Source: Haliotis rubra (Eukaryota). Taken from it: DNA of 64,000 nucleotides. The notes under the pieces were generated by a model. It searched no databases. It saw nothing but the letters and a program-made list of their open reading frames with translations, and was not told the DNA's origin. Position 1 is the first letter of the stretch. Each line of letters begins with the position of its first letter. Position numbers and translations under genes: made by a program. The stretch lies in NCBI RefSeq assembly GCF_003918875.1, contig NW_025766625.1, positions 1,178,001-1,242,000 on the forward strand. Direction: 5' to 3'. Shown here piece by piece: positions 33,782-48,632 of the stretch.

Positions 33782-36700
33782 GAAGTGTGAATATTTAGTT
33801 AGCAGAAAATCCTATTTTGAAAATTTCTCATGTTGTAACTTTACTGAATAACCCTTTCATAAAGCTAATTCAGATGTGATGCGACACATACTTGTAGCTA
33901 TTCCAGTATTTTAATTCAAAATATCGCCTTTGGCACACATTGACTCGTTCCACTTCATATGATGTTATTTTGTGGGAAGTAATAATCTCTTTCGATGGAT
34001 AGTTGCCAATCGTTTGTTGTCTGCTATAGCAATTATCCAAGAAGGCTTACCTTGCCTGACTGCACACAAAATGATCATGTGGAACATATACAAGAACATT
34101 TTCATTAGCAAGGTGCACGAACAAATAGGTTAATTACACTGTTAAGCGTCAACGCTGTATGGTATTGCCTATGTTGCAGACCTCCCTAGCAATCAGAAAC
34201 ATTTCAGAGATGATATTTTATTGTCAAAAACGCTTTGAAAAAAGTTATCCTCCTCAGGTAGCCGACTTCATAATGGATATATACACACATTTTTAAATAT
34301 TTAGATAACATTACAAAGTATACGCAATAAGCAGAAATATGATATCATATATTTAAACATTTTTGGAAAAAGACACAGACAGAATGACAGTCCACACAAA
34401 CACATACATACATATAAATATATGTATATAAACAAGTTCAACTGCTCTTCAGGTGTGTACATGTATTCACACACATACAACACACACTTATACTTTAAGT
34501 TGTGACACGTGATGTTAATTTTATGAACATAAGGTATTAATTTCTGCAGCAAATCAACATGTATCCAGGAGTCAAGCTATCATTTCTAGTGCAACATTTG
34601 TCACAGATATGCAGCTCTCTGCTTCAACATTGCTTCAGAAAAGGCAAGCATATGACGCACAAAGAACATTAGGCCGAAGCGCCTTTTGAATTCACTGCGC
34701 TATAAATAATTCCATTTCACTGACTAAAAATACCCTTTCGTCATACACTGTAACACGCAATGCACAAGATTGACCTACCGTAAAGAAAGAGTACAATGTC
34801 AAAGCGTCAGGGCTGCCTAGATCCTCGTATGTGACGTGGCTGTGGTATCCTTCCCGGTCTCTTGTTGAGACACCCTGGCCAAATCTTGTTATTTATCACC
34901 TTACCAGAGCAACACGGGATAAATATATCCATGCAAGTGTCCTTATTCATAGAGCATGTGTGTCTCTTGAAAACGTTAATAATGAAGTTATTTTCAGGAC
35001 ATAAACTGTTAATATGTAACAAGTATTAGTGGTCCAAACACTTATTTCACCTACACGACAACTACTTCTTGGAAAGCGATACGGGTCTACCCTCCCATTT
35101 TCAAGGAAAGCTTGGTCGAAATGAGTCACTTATAGATTACATCGTTCTGTCAGCCAATACTGTGACTAGTACGGTATCAGAAGGCTTTCATGGGCACGTC
35201 ACAGCCAAGAAAACCAACCAATCTACGACAGGCTATGAATCATGTGATGGCCGCGGCGATAACTGTGAACGCTTCACGTGTGACTGCTGGTTGCCGGCTT
35301 TCAAAGTGTTATTGAGCCTCCCGAAAACATAACTGTGTTCACCAATCCTTGCCCTCAACAAAACCATTACCTGCGCTGGCAGTATGAATAGAACGCTCCT
35401 GGATTCAGTTGTGTTTTCCAACAGCTGTTGATCGATCATGTGCAAACCAGACATGTCTAAAATTCAACTGGCCCATAATACATAATACTATGCTGCTGGT
35501 TAAGCCGTATGCACATTATCAAAGGTCGCAGATCTCGCTATTCACCCGACGAGATAAGGTGGTGTGTACAACCTGAAGTCTAGCCTATCATTATGTCCTA
35601 TAAACTCGGGTATGCTCAAAATGGGTCTCGTTGGGATCTCAACGTAGGTCACTTGGGAGTTTAACAATATCTTTTTTAAATAATCCATTCTTGTCGCTCC
35701 ATAAAACTGACATTTAAAAGTTCTAAAGCCGAAATGTATTGTTTGTATTATTAAAGGAAATGGATACTTCCTTTAAATATATAATGACAGACGTTTACAA
35801 ATGCGTGTAAGGAGTATTTTTTCGCTAATCATGTATGCTACTTGTTACTGAGATAAACACATACGCCACGAGAGCTGATATGAAGTCAAAGTATATTAGT
35901 TCCTTTTGAAGTAAGCCTCCATTAGTATGGACACACATATGAATACCCATTAAACACCCTTTACGAAAATTATATGATAAAAAGCTTACATGTTTGAGAT
36001 AATTCTCCTTCACAAAGCAGAATGCTGGTGTTCTCTGAAGTATGAGATATGCTATGCAGCTCTCTGCTCTCAACATTGCTTCAGTATAAGGCAACTATGC
36101 TAATGTTTGTTTAACTGTCTTTTGAGGACAGCTTTTATAGCATTAAAAGATACTGAATGTCCAAACCATCGTATCATATGTCTGAAAGACCTCCATTTGT
36201 AACGTATTCACGCACATAAAACATTGAAGAATTCGAAACACCCAGCATCATAAGCCCAAACAAATACCACCAATGTCAAGGCACATCTTCTCTTGGCTAA
36301 AACGCCTGGCCGAGATATATTAATATGCGTCAATGAAAGATTTTACTATCGTATATTTGGCTCCATATCATTATCCGTTTCTTCTCATACACCCCCGATC
36401 ATATTTATTCTTAAAACTCTCTGAAACATAAACAATACATCCTAAATTTAACTTTCAAAATGAAGGGTATCTTCATGGTCCCAGTTATCACTACGACTGT
36501 GCACCCAACCACATCATTTTCAGGCTGGAAGAACCATTTTTACTTTTTGTTTTCATTTACTTCAAGTGGTATTACATTTAATGTATTCTTGCCGAGGCAC
36601 AAGAAATATATGGAATCCAAGAGGAATCCTATGGGTCAGGTCAGAATTCAAATAATTTTAATGATTATTTTCACACGTTTCGGTTTCCTTGTCACGGGTC

Positions 36701-38199
36701 AGACTGTCCTAAAAATAGGTCAGTTTGGCTGTTTTATTGTCGTGACTTAAACAATGTGATCGATCATCTTACAGTAACTTGCTGGGTTTTTCAATCGTCG
36801 CATAGCAACAGTTCTTAATATTGGAACAAACAAACACTTGTGTGAATGGCGTTTGCTGCCAGGAAAGCAGGCCCTGTTATTCTTCTCGACAACATCTGTT
36901 GACATTAATCATTATTCCATTATTCAAATAAATTGATTTATAATTTTGGCTGTAACGCGCTTTCTATTTTGCATTTACAGGCATAAGTTTTGGCCATTTC
37001 GTTAGTGACAAGGAATTGGAAGAAGATGGTTGTTTAACATATTGTTATTTTATATTCACACTACATGATAGCGACCTGTAAATATTCGTGTTTGGACTAG
37101 ACAGACTTGTGACTGGCAGTGAGATGAATCCACGCCGTCATCGTACGATGACACGCTCAGAACAAAGTGATCTGGCGTGACCACTCGATCCACTAAATTC
37201 ACACGGTGTTCATATTTCGCCCCGATTTCCAACTCTTTCGGAGACAAATCCGTGCTCGTGCTTTTTTTTTTGTAAGTGGTAAACGTCTGAGATCTGCATT
37301 GCGGGTGTTCATCCTAAAGTCAGTTGACACACCATGATGTAAGTGAAAAATTGTTAAAGGCTGCGCTTAACTCAGCTCACACACATCGTAATACTCGATT
37401 ATATAGAGAATGTCACCAAAGTGTCTACTGATATCAGTTACAAATAGTTACAAATATGAGTGTTGATATATTTGTTATCAGTAGACACGAGGGTGAGATT
37501 CTATTTATCATCGAAAACCACTCTTCATTATTTTTCAATGAAAAATGTACATCTCTGAACACGGTACTATCATTAGACTTGCAGGGCGGCCATGCCATAG
37601 CATTGTGACGTTTTCAAGTTCATGACGTCATAGCATTGTCAAGGCATTGTACAAAACCTACTGTCAAAACGATATCTCGTTTGATCTCGCACAAGCAATA
37701 TCTCCTGTGGAACACTGTTTTGGATGAAAACTTCATATTTGAATTGCTTGCATATTGTGACAAACAAATCAGTCACTGTTGTTTGTATTTGTTTTTTATG
37801 TTTGTTTTTTGTTGGTTTTTTTGTTTGTTTCTTTTTAGGGGGGATGTGGGGGATGTGGAGAGGGGTTACTAACCTAGTAATTGTCTGACTATATGAGGGG
37901 GGTCTGTTCATAATAGAGTGTGGACAAGACAAGTGACTGAGACCATCAGCATCGATTTACTCAGTTGGTATACCACGCCATGCATCAGCCAAACCCGTCA
38001 GTCAACTCTTGAGACGAATAGTGGAACACCAATTCCAACCCGTATCGTCACAGACTATTCTGGTAGGTTAGGGGTCGGGTTATCCATCCCTTCGAAAAGA
38101 AAACTGTCACAAGAAAAGAAAGTGCAGAGTTTATTTGCTAGAGCTACATAATACATGTCCAAGATAGTACTGCGAGCCTAAGAATAGGGTGTCAACTTT

Positions 38200-40920
38200 A
38201 AGAGAGCATACTTTCTGAGACTGACATATCAACAGAGCATACACTGTATGTGACATATGACATAACAGCAGAGAAATTATTTACCTGTCAACGAGCATAA
38301 CATCAGATTCCCACATAGCAACAAAGCATACTTTCTTTATCTAAAATATCTGTAGATGACACATTAATAATCAGGGCATACTGGTTTTATCTGTCATATC
38401 TCTCTGTGTCTTACATATGAACAGAACACACTTTCTGTGTCTGAAGCATACTTTCTGTCTGACATGTCAACAGAGCATATTTCCTGTGCCTGACATATCA
38501 GCATAGCATAAATTCTGTCTGACATATCAACAGAGCATATTCCCAGTGTCTGACATATCAACAGAGCATATTCCCGGTGTCTGACATATCAACAAGGCAT
38601 ATTCCCAGTGTCTGACATATCAACAAGGCATATTCCCTGTGCCTGACGTATCAGCATAGCATAAATTCTGTCTGACATATCAACAGAGCATATTCCGAGT
38701 GTCTGACATATCAACAGAGCATATTTCCAGTGTCTGACATATCAACAAGGCATATTCCCAGTGTCTGACATATCAACAGAGCATATTCCCAGTGTCTGAC
38801 ATATCAACAAGGCATATTCCCAGTGTCTGACATATCAACAGAGCATATTCCCAGTGTCTGACATATCAACAAGGCATATTCCCGGTGTCTGACATATCAA
38901 CGGAGCATATTCCCAGTGTCTGACATATCAACAAGGCATATTCCCAGTGTCTGACATATCAACAAGGCATATTCCTTGTGCCTGACATATCAGTATAGCA
39001 TACTTTCTGTGTCTGAAACATTAACGGAGCACATTCCTTGTGTCTGAGATACCAACAGGGCATATCCCCTGTATCTGACATATCAGCATAGCATACTTTC
39101 TGTCTGACATATCAACAGAGCATATTCCCTGTATCCAACAATCAGCATAGCATACTTTCTGTCTGACACATCAACAGAGTACATTCCCTGTGTCTGACAT
39201 ATCAGCATAGCATAACTTCTGATTTCATAATTTGCGTCTCACGAACCAACAGAACATATCTACTGTATCTAAAAAACTATAGAACATAACTTCTGTGTCT
39301 GACAAAGCAATAGAACATAACTTCTGCGTCTGACAAATCAACAAAACATACCTTCTGTGTCTGACAAACGAACAACACATCGAGCATACCTTCTGTGACG
39401 AATCAACCTGGCCTTCTGTGTCTGACGAATCTACAGAACATAGCTTCTGAGTCTGACGAATCAACGGAGGGCACTTTCTGTGTCTGACGACTCAAGAGAT
39501 AGTATCGCCTGTGTCTGACGAAACGATAGAACAAACCTTCTGTGTCGGACGAAGCACAACAACATACCTTCTGTGTCTGAATAATTAACAGAACATATGC
39601 ACTGTGTCTGACGAATCAACAGAACAAAGCCTATGTGCCCGGAGGATCAACAGAGCATACCTTCTGTGTCTGACAAAACTACAGAACATAGCATCTGTGT
39701 CCGAAGAATCAATAGAAAATAGATTCTGTGTCTGACGAACCAATAGAACATACCTTCTGAGTCTGACGAATTAAGAGAGCATAGCTTCTGTGTCTGATGA
39801 GCCAATAGAACATAACGTATGTGACTGACAAATCTACAGAACATGGCTTCTTACGAACCAACAGAACATACCTTATGTGTCTGACGAATCAACAGAACAT
39901 CCATGCTATGTCTGAAAAATCTACAGAACATGGCTTCTGAGTATGACGAATCAACAGAACACACATTCTGTGCCTGTAGAACCTACAGAACATAGCTTCT
40001 GTGTCTGACGAATCAACAGAACACAGCTTCTGTGACTCACGAATCAACAGTGCATACCTTCTGTGTCTGAAGAATCAACAGAACATAGCTTCTGTGTCTG
40101 GGGAATCTACAGGACATAACTTCTGTGACTGACGAATTAACAGAACATACATTCTGTGTCTGACGAACCAATATAATATAGCTTTTGTGTCTGACGAATC
40201 AACAGAACACACCGTCTGTGTCTGACGAATCAACAGAACACAGCTTCTATGACTGACGAATCAACAGTGCATACCTTCTGTGACTGACGAATCAACAGAA
40301 CATACCTTCTCTTTCTGACGAATCAAGATAAGACAGCTTTTTTGCCTGACGAATCAATAGCTGAACAGCTTTTTTGTCTGACGAATCAATAGAACATACC
40401 TTATGTGTCTGACGTATCTACAGAGCATATCTTCTGTGTCTGACGAATCAACAGAGCATATCTTCTGTGTCTGACGAATCTACTGAACATAGCTTTTGTG
40501 CCTGACGAAGCTAGAACATAGCTTTTGTGTTCTGACGAACCAATAGAACATACCTTCTGTGTCTGACGAACCAACAGAGCATACCTTCTGTGTCTGAAGA
40601 ATCTACGGAACATAGCCTCTGTGTCTGACGGATTAAAAGAACGTATCTTCTGAGTCTGACTAATCAACAGAACACAGCTTCTGTGTCTGACGAACCACTA
40701 GAACATAGTTTCTGTGTCTGCTGAATCAACAAAGCATATATACCATCTGTATTTGCCGAATCAACAGAGCATATTGTTTGTGCTTAATAATTCAACAGAG
40801 CATACTCCCCCTGTCTGACATACATACCAGAGCATATTATCTGCGTCTGGCATATCAATATAGCATTCTCTGCCTAAAGAGTATATTCTATTTTTCACAC
40901 ATATCAACAGAGCATTGTGT
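38200..40920. repeat. 31-bp minisatellite array with two subtypes (boundary near 39225)
   Basis: Units TGTCTGACATATCAACAGAGCATATTCCCAG and TGTCTGACGAATCAACAGAACATACCTTCTG. Confidence 0.92.
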
Positions 40921-41297
40921 GAAGCCGATTTCTGTTATCCCCCGCCGTGATGTTGCTAGAATATTGCTAAAAGCGGCGTCAAACCAAACTCACTCACTCA
41001 CTCACTCAACAGAGCATACTTTTTTTTAGCTTCCCTTAAATTTCCAAGCTTCATAGCTTTAAAATTTGCTTTATACTTTTGCTTCAGCAGCTGTATCCCT
41101 ATGTTCAGGGTTCATGTCTCGTGCTCGGTATGTAAATTTCACTTTGTCAATTACGTAATATTTACATTCCCTAAACGTCATGCTTTTGTACACGTATTAG
41201 GAAGCAACGTAGCATATATTAACATAAAACTACTAAAGGCAGCTGAAGCATACATAAGTAGATAAGGATGTCATCCGGAATGTTTGGCGTTACTTGG

Positions 41298-42919
41298 TCA
41301 GCCTGCACTGCCAGAACTGTGTCGTTTTCGCAGGGACGTCACTTCCTGAAAGATGGACACAATGACTTCATTGCACTATGGATGATCCCCAGTTATGACT
41401 TTTAATACGCAGTTTTGTTTACAAATACAATATTCATAAATTCATTCCCCAGGAATTAGAGTGAAGTGTTCATCTTATGTAATCGTCACATGTACATGTA
41501 ATGCACAGTCAATAGGCGATACACCGTGGAAACATAGTCACACAAGTGGAAAACGAAAGGTTTGAGACGAGAGAGATATATCAATTCACGGAAATCATGG
41601 GGGAAGGGGTGGGTGGGTATTAGGCAAGGAAGGGTGGGTTGGGGATACGCTGGTGCCGCTACATGACATAAAACCCAATAGCATTCTTATAGCCAGCATG
41701 AATAAAATGGTCTGTTATACTGGGTCTTATATTTTCGTTCAAGTAGGTTTTATATCGTGCAATAGTGTCTCATGTCTTTAGAGATTTAGTTATCAATTAT
41801 TAGTTAAAACTAGTTAAAAAGTTTCTTTCTGTCAAATTACGTATGTGTTTTATGCCCAAGGATTTATTGGATTGCAACATGTTGTTTATTTGTAGGCACG
41901 AAGATAATTGTTAATATACTGTCGACAACCAAATTACACGATCAAAGCCTTACTAGACTAGATAGTTCAGGATAAAGAAGCACTAATTCAGATAAAGATA
42001 CACTAATTCAGATACAAGACATAAGAATGTGAGCATGAACTAACCCCTGCTTTGTCCAAACTGCAACCTCTTGTCAGTAAAGGACACTTGGAGTTGAGTT
42101 CGGCGTGGCGCTTCCAGGGACAGTCACCCTCAACCCAGTCATGAAGAATGTTACCACAATGGGCGCATATAAGTGTGTTCCCCTGGCCTGTACACAAAAG
42201 CTAATAGATAGCATTTATATCGTGACTCGACCAGTGAAGATCCAGGTTGGCATTGGTCTTTAGCAACCCATGATTGTCGTAAGAGACGACTAATGGGATC
42301 GGGTTGTCAGGCTCGCTGACTTGGTTGACAAATGTTACCGTATCCCAATTACGTAGATCGGTGTTGATCACTGGATTTTCTGGTCCAGACTCTACTATTT
42401 ACCGACCGGCGCAATATAGATGTAATATTGCTTAGTGCGGTGTTAAACAACAAACCAACAACAACATTCATGACAAAAGATTACATATAAACATATAAAA
42501 AACATATAAACTATTTTAAGAATCACAAGCGTGTTCTTTCTATGAGAGCTCAACGAGCGTCTTAGAGTTATAACGTTACAAGACTTAGCAGTGCTTTCAA
42601 AAATGTATTTACCTGAGTAAAAGAATCCGGCATTTGCCATATCCTTAAGCTGGATCTCCGAGACCCCCTGTAGCAGTGATGATGCTATGTCCTTTAGGGT
42701 CTTCAGGCGTTTCTCGAAGTTCCACATCTGGATGTGACACATGTGCTTGCCAGGACTGGTGGTTCTGATTCTGGTAAGCGCCTCTAGAGTAAGAGGTTGT
42801 GGCTCGCGCGGTGCTCGTGCTAGATGAGCATGTATATTTACTCGCCAATTGACCAGCGCACGAGGTATACAGACCAGCTCGTCGTCCAGGAAGTGTCTGT
42901 ATTTATTACTGCTGTCCAT
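41298..42919 (-). CDS. IAP-4: single-BIR protein. Exons 42919..42613, 42187..42045, probable 41345..41298
   Basis: KRLKTL...MANAGFFYSG|QGNTLICAHC-x16-H-x6-C with GT-AG junctions; the last exon is uncertain. Confidence 0.75.
42228..42463 (+). mobile_element. SINE-like repeat family B in an IAP-4 intron
   Basis: Homologous to the 10799 and 56114 copies; 3' tail similar to family A. Confidence 0.7.
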
Positions 42920-42992
42920 CTACAAATCAATATTGAAGTTAATGTTTCTTTGCAAGATGTTTTAATACTTAGATGTACCAGAACGTTAAAAA

Positions 42993-43508
42993 CATAGTCC
43001 GTTTGGATTCAGATGAGAACGATGAATTATTAAATAACCCAAAATAGGGATAAGTGTACAAAACATAAATAAGACACATAGTCATAAAACCTCTGTAACT
43101 AACAGGATCTGAAATCTGACATTTGATGATCGACCACGGAAAAAGTTGTTTAAGAAACCATCATGTAATATTGTGCTATTTTCACGCTTCACAGCGAGAG
43201 GTGACAAACGACGGTTTCTTGACTAGTTGGGATCATCTGCTGAGTTGCACCTGAAGTGCGTGCCGGCGTTGTTACACCAGCCGCTTGTCACCCCTCACCG
43301 TGAAGCGTGAAAATAGCACGATATTACATTATTACATAATGGTTTCTTAAACAACTCTTTCCGTGAACGATCATAAAACGTCAGATTTCAGATCCTGTTG
43401 GGTACAGGGGGTTTAAGGACCATGTGTCTTATTTATGTGTGGTGTACTTATCCCTATTTCGAGTTATTTAATCATTCAACGTTCTCTCTTGAACCCAAAT
43501 GGTCTATA
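42993..43508. mobile_element. Foldback/MITE-like element with about 220-bp imperfect inverted arms
   Basis: For example AACAGGATCTGAAATCTGAC / GTCAGATTTCAGATCCTGTT and GCTATTTTCACGCTTCAC / GTGAAGCGTGAAAATAGC. Confidence 0.8.
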
Positions 43509-43642
43509 CCTTTGCGAACAGATCAATGACAAACACCTCCAACACACATGGTCAATACCATGTCGAACGTTTGTTCCTTAATTGTCATGACAGCACCTGT
43601 TTGTTCGGATTTAAAAGGAAGCTAGACTATCACTTAGAAGGA

Positions 43643-43812
43643 CTGACTGACTGACTGAGTTTGGTTTTACGCCGCTTTTAGCAATATTCCAGCAACATCA
43701 CGGCGGGGGGACACCAGAAATAGGCTTCACACATTGTACCCATGTGGGGATTCGAACCCGGGTCTTCGGCGTGATGAGCCAACGCTTTGACCACTAGGCT
43801 ACCCCACCGCCC
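43643..43812 (-). mobile_element. tRNA-derived SINE family A
   Basis: Full length, with TSD TCACTTAGAAGGA. Confidence 0.85.
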
Positions 43813-45005
43813 TCACTTAGAAGGAAGCTAATGTGATTACACAAACCGTATCCATAAGCGTCCTGCCGATACGAGCTCCACCTCTCTTGTACTCCTTTTC
43901 TGAGATATAAATACACGTCACTGACACATCACTGCCAAATATATCTATCCATTATTTTGTCACTATAACCGGCGAATAAGCCTATAAATAAACGTCAATG
44001 CAAACATGGCATGCTCTTCCAACACAATTATTTGTTTCCAGTATATATTTTGCCGTCCGGATTGCCTGTACTGATACGAGCTCTTGTACTCTTTTCCCTC
44101 AATTGCTATTCATTCGGGAACAGCTCGCAATATATGTACAATTCACTGATACATCACTGCTAAATAAATCTACCAAGCATGTCAATGCAAACATGACATG
44201 GCCGTCCAACTCAACTGTTGTCTTCAGTATGTAGCTTAGCGTCCCGATAGCCTGCCCGGGCTATAACATCTAGGGGTTATGATTGTGGTTATTGCAATGC
44301 AAGCTTCCACGGACGTTGATAATGTACAGTTACTTTGTTGGCATTATAAATAGACAATGTACGTGACTCATCAAAGCTGAAGAGTCCTGGTTTGTTTGGA
44401 TATATTTGGTCGATTGTTATAGTGTGTAGGGTTGACTGTATCATGTCAGTTTAAACACTAACGGAATCGATACTGCTCCATCTGGCCTTAAGAATGTGTC
44501 GTCAGTTTGACTCGGATGATGTCAAATGTCCTACAAATGTGAGCGAATAGATCACTGAACTGGCTACCTGAATTTGTTTATGTAATAGTAACTCTGCCCA
44601 AGTATTGTTCAGTGGAAGCTACTTCACATCCATTCTCACTTTTTAAATTGGTGGCATCTTTTGTTTTCGCAGGTTTTGAAGCGTAGTCGCTACAGACCGA
44701 AGCCTAATGCACTATACCCTTCGTCCTCGCCGCCTGACTGTCTGTTGTCCACAGTTTAGAGCATGAAAATCAATCACTTTCATAAGCACAGATTTCTGTT
44801 AGTGTTGACGTTTTACCATTTAGTGGTCCATTCTCAAAACGTTATTGTGCCCTTTTTTTAAAAAACTTAATATGTCTGTTTGGTTGAGGCACATGTTGTT
44901 AGTTCAACCGTATTCGTAACAAAACAAATGCATGAGTGTCATTAAGGACATGATTTCTGTCCTGAAATCTGTAGTTGATATGGAGCCTCGAGACCCTCTT
45001 CCAAA

Positions 45006-45161
45006 GGGGGATGGTGGGGCAGCCTAGTGGTTAAAGCGTTCGCTCGTCACGCCAAAGACATGGGTTCCCCACATGGATACAATATGTGAAGCCCACTTCT
45101 GGTGTCGCCTGCCGCGATATTGCTGGAATAGTGCTAAGAACGGCGTAAAACCATACTCACA
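45006..45161 (+). mobile_element. tRNA-derived SINE family A
   Basis: TSD CTTCCAAAG. Confidence 0.8.
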
Positions 45162-46034
45162 CTTCCAAAGCTACAGGCTTCTGTAGATTCTCCTGTGACA
45201 AGACATAAAAAAAATGGACAGGGAGTGTTAGTGATACATGATGGGTTATCAGCTTGGTTAATTCATCAACTCAATTTATGCTCAGCTCTGCAAACAGATT
45301 CATACATCAATGTCTTCCTTGGTACATTTTCTTCAACTTATGTTTTTATTATTGTTGTAAGTGAAATATTATCATATTCATTGTTTCTCGTCTTAGAAAA
45401 CAATGCTTTAATCTAAAATACAAATGATGATGCTAAAATCTTTACGTGAGCGCCATATATGACAATCGTGGGAGTAAATTGTATATTTGTATTATATCTA
45501 TATACTTCAGTTGCAGTTCATAATCGAAAATGGGGGACGCATGCAGTTATTTTCTTGCAATGTTTGACGCATTAGTTCGTATTCGTAAGCAAATTCCTGT
45601 GCATTTACCTTTACAGTGTAGAATTAAATTATATTCAGTGGCCACGTCAGCGTTATACTTTGACTGGGTTTTCCAACGTCCTTCTTTTGTAGACGACGCA
45701 AGCTGTTATCAACTGACGCGACACTCGTTGCTTGTGTGTGAGAGCTTGACTGTGGAGGAAGTCACGGTGACCTGCTGGCTGTGCTGCGCCTGGCTGTGAT
45801 AGTCCACCTCGATTGCAGTTATTTTCCTGATATTTGCGTGGGCCGCTTTTATGCAAATATCTTACGTACAGATTATTTTGTCACCGTAATAAACGGAAAA
45901 CGCTTTCTTGGTGAGATTTCTTGATATGAATCATTCTAATTTTACCCCAAACATATTTTTAAAAATACAATATTCGGGTATGTTGGACTGTTTTGGATTA
46001 CATGCGTCCATGCCTTAGCAGTGCAAACTTGTGT

Positions 46035-46730
46035 ACAACCATGACACATGGCGGTGTTCATCTGTATGTACCAGTGATACGGTGGTGTTTATCTGTGTGT
46101 ACCTATGATATGGTGGTGTTCATCTGTGTGTACTTATGAAATTATGACTTGGTGATGTTCATTTGTGTGTACTTATGATTTGGTGGTGTTCATCTGTGTG
46201 TACCCGTGTCATGGAGGTGTTCGTATGTGTGTACCAATAGCAGGGTGGTGTCCATCTGTGTGTGTACTTGCGTCATGGTGGTGTTCATCTGTGTGTACCT
46301 GTGTCATGATTGTGTTCATCTGTGTGTACCTGTGTCATGGTGGTGTTCATCTGTGTGTACCTGTGTCATGGTGGTGTTCATCTGTGTGTACATGTGTTAT
46401 GGTGCTGTTCATCTGTGTGTACCTGTGTCATGCTGGTGTTCATCTGTGTGTACCTGTGTCATGCTGGTGTTCATCTGTGTGTACCTGTGTCATGGTGGTG
46501 TTCATCTGTGTATATATGTCATGGTGGTGTTTATCCGTGTGTACCTGTGTTATGGTGGTGTTCATCTATATGTACCTTTGTCGTGGTGGTGTTCATCTGT
46601 GTGCACCTTTGTTATGATGGTGTTCATCTGTGTGTACATGTGTCATGGCGGTCTTCATCTGTGTGTACCTGTGTCATGGTGGTCTTCATCTGTGTGTACC
46701 TATGACTTGGTGGTCTTCATCTGTATGTTA
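46035..46730. repeat. 31-bp minisatellite CATCTGTGTGTACCTGTGTCATGGTGGTGTT
   Basis: About 22 tandem copies. Confidence 0.92.
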
Positions 46731-47109
46731 ATGGTGATATTCATGACCTTATGCTGTAAGAGGAATCTGTTATTAAAAATGTTCCTAAACCAGTAACCAC
46801 GGTTATAACGAGATTTTATGAAATTATAAAACTTCTGACGATACACTTTCTGTAACATGTAAACCTGCATACATACGAGCAGTGTGGTACTAATGATACA
46901 GTATTGCCGTAGCAATAACAAATAATACTGGAATCCGACATAATTTTATTAGCTAAAAGAGCTTTAGAATTGACAAAAATGTTATAAAACAGAAGCACAT
47001 AACTAGTGTCCACAATACAATATATAATGTTCTCTTAATTAAATGGGAATTTGACGTTCCCGTTTGATCCCAACTTAGTAACACAGATTGACAGCACTGT
47101 TACTTTATA

Positions 47110-48632
47110 TACTCACACACAAAAGAAACGCAAGTTTCTTACTCAAAGGGGGAATTAAACTCAGACCCCTAAAATTATAACAACGTTGATAAATAAAGAT
47201 GGCTGATGGTGTTGTTAACATTTGCTGTTGCGTTTTGCAAAGCCAGTGTGGGAACAGAAGGAAAAAACGAATCGCCAGAACGCACCGCTTCAATGGCGAT
47301 GTGGGCACCATACACACTTTCCACATGCAATCAAACATGCACGAGTTGTCACCATCTCCAGTGGGTATAAAACTGAACCAAAATCTTTGGCCAGTCACTC
47401 TTTGTTCAACAATGCCACGTTTAAATCAACTTGAGAAGAACCAGGCTATCGGACGGTTGGAAGCTGGAGAGTCTGTCCAAGATGTTGCCCGTCACTTTAA
47501 TGTCAACATAACCACGATCTACTGTACTGTCTCCAGCATAGATACAACTCAACGCAGACTACAGATGACCTTCCCCGAAGCGGCCGACCTAGGGTCACCA
47601 CCCCTCGACAAGATCGACACATTACACGTCAACACCAGCGAGATCCTTTCCTGACAGCAAGCCAGACTGCTCGAGACACCATAGGAACGCATTATCGACG
47701 CATCAGCCGTGACATTGTCATCCGACGTCTGCGTTCCAACAACCTACGATGTCGCCGACCAGCACGTCGTCCTGTCCTCCAACCACAGCATCGACAAGCA
47801 CGACTTCAGTGGGCACAGGGTCATCAAGACTCGCGTCAACGTGAATGGAGACGTGTCATGTTCTCTGATGAGAGTCGGTTTTGTGTGTCACATGCAGATG
47901 GAAGGGTCAGAGTTTGGCGACATCAGGGAGATCGTTTTGCATCGGGTCGCATGGGATGGACCTAGTGTCATGATTTGGGCCAGAATTGGACTTAATGCGA
48001 GACTTGGACCAATGTGCTTCCAGAATGTGAGTCAAGGTCGAGGACATAGGGTCACAGCTCAGCGTTACATTGGCCAAGTCATCAGACCCCATGTTGTTCC
48101 ATTTTTCGCCCGACATCGTAACCACCTTTTCCAGCAGGATAACGCTCGTCCACATGCTGCAAGAGTTACCATGGACTTTCTTCAACAACACCGTGTCCTA
48201 CCGTGGCCAGCTCTCAGCCCTGACCTGAACCCTATCGAGCACTTGTGGGATGAGGTTCAAAGGCGCCTGAATGAAGTGCGACCAGTGCCTACAACTGCTG
48301 ATGAACTTCGTACAGCTGTTCGAGATGTGTGCAGGAGGATCCCCAGGGCCTTTACGAATCGCCTGATCCACTCCATGTACAGGAGATGTGTTGCAGTGAT
48401 CAATGCTAATGGTGGCCACACCAGGTATTGAATGACGTCATGGCAATGACTAGAATCTGCGCAACTCTTTTGCTGTAACAAAATGTAATGACGTCATCTA
48501 TTCTTGTTGCCAATGAACTGTTCTTGCTCAAATTTCTGTATATCTGACGCTGTTGGTATTTGTATTATATACGGTTAAAAATAAGTGCATATATACTTTA
48601 TACTAGACTTGCGTTTCTTTTGCGTGTGAGTT
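47110..48632 (+). mobile_element. Tc1/mariner transposon with a frameshifted transposase (47412..48431)
   Basis: TA-flanked TIRs ACTCACACACAAAAGAAACGCAAGT; HTH MPRL..., FSDESRF, QQDNARPH and SPDLNPIE motifs; two frameshifts. Confidence 0.92.

Noticed and set aside
34890-35460. Possible RING or GIY-YIG remnants (TCLVCT, DIFIPCC, LRARIGEH) as downstream IAP-4 exons
   Set aside because: Motifs are short, in different frames and interrupted by stops; not supportable.
38200-40920. CRISPR-like regular repeats (also 25030..25680 and 46035..46730)
   Set aside because: Head-to-tail 31-bp units with no unique spacers, no cas genes, and a eukaryotic context.
46165-46796. Cys/Val-rich ORFs
   Set aside because: Translations of a 31-bp minisatellite that cycles through all three frames.
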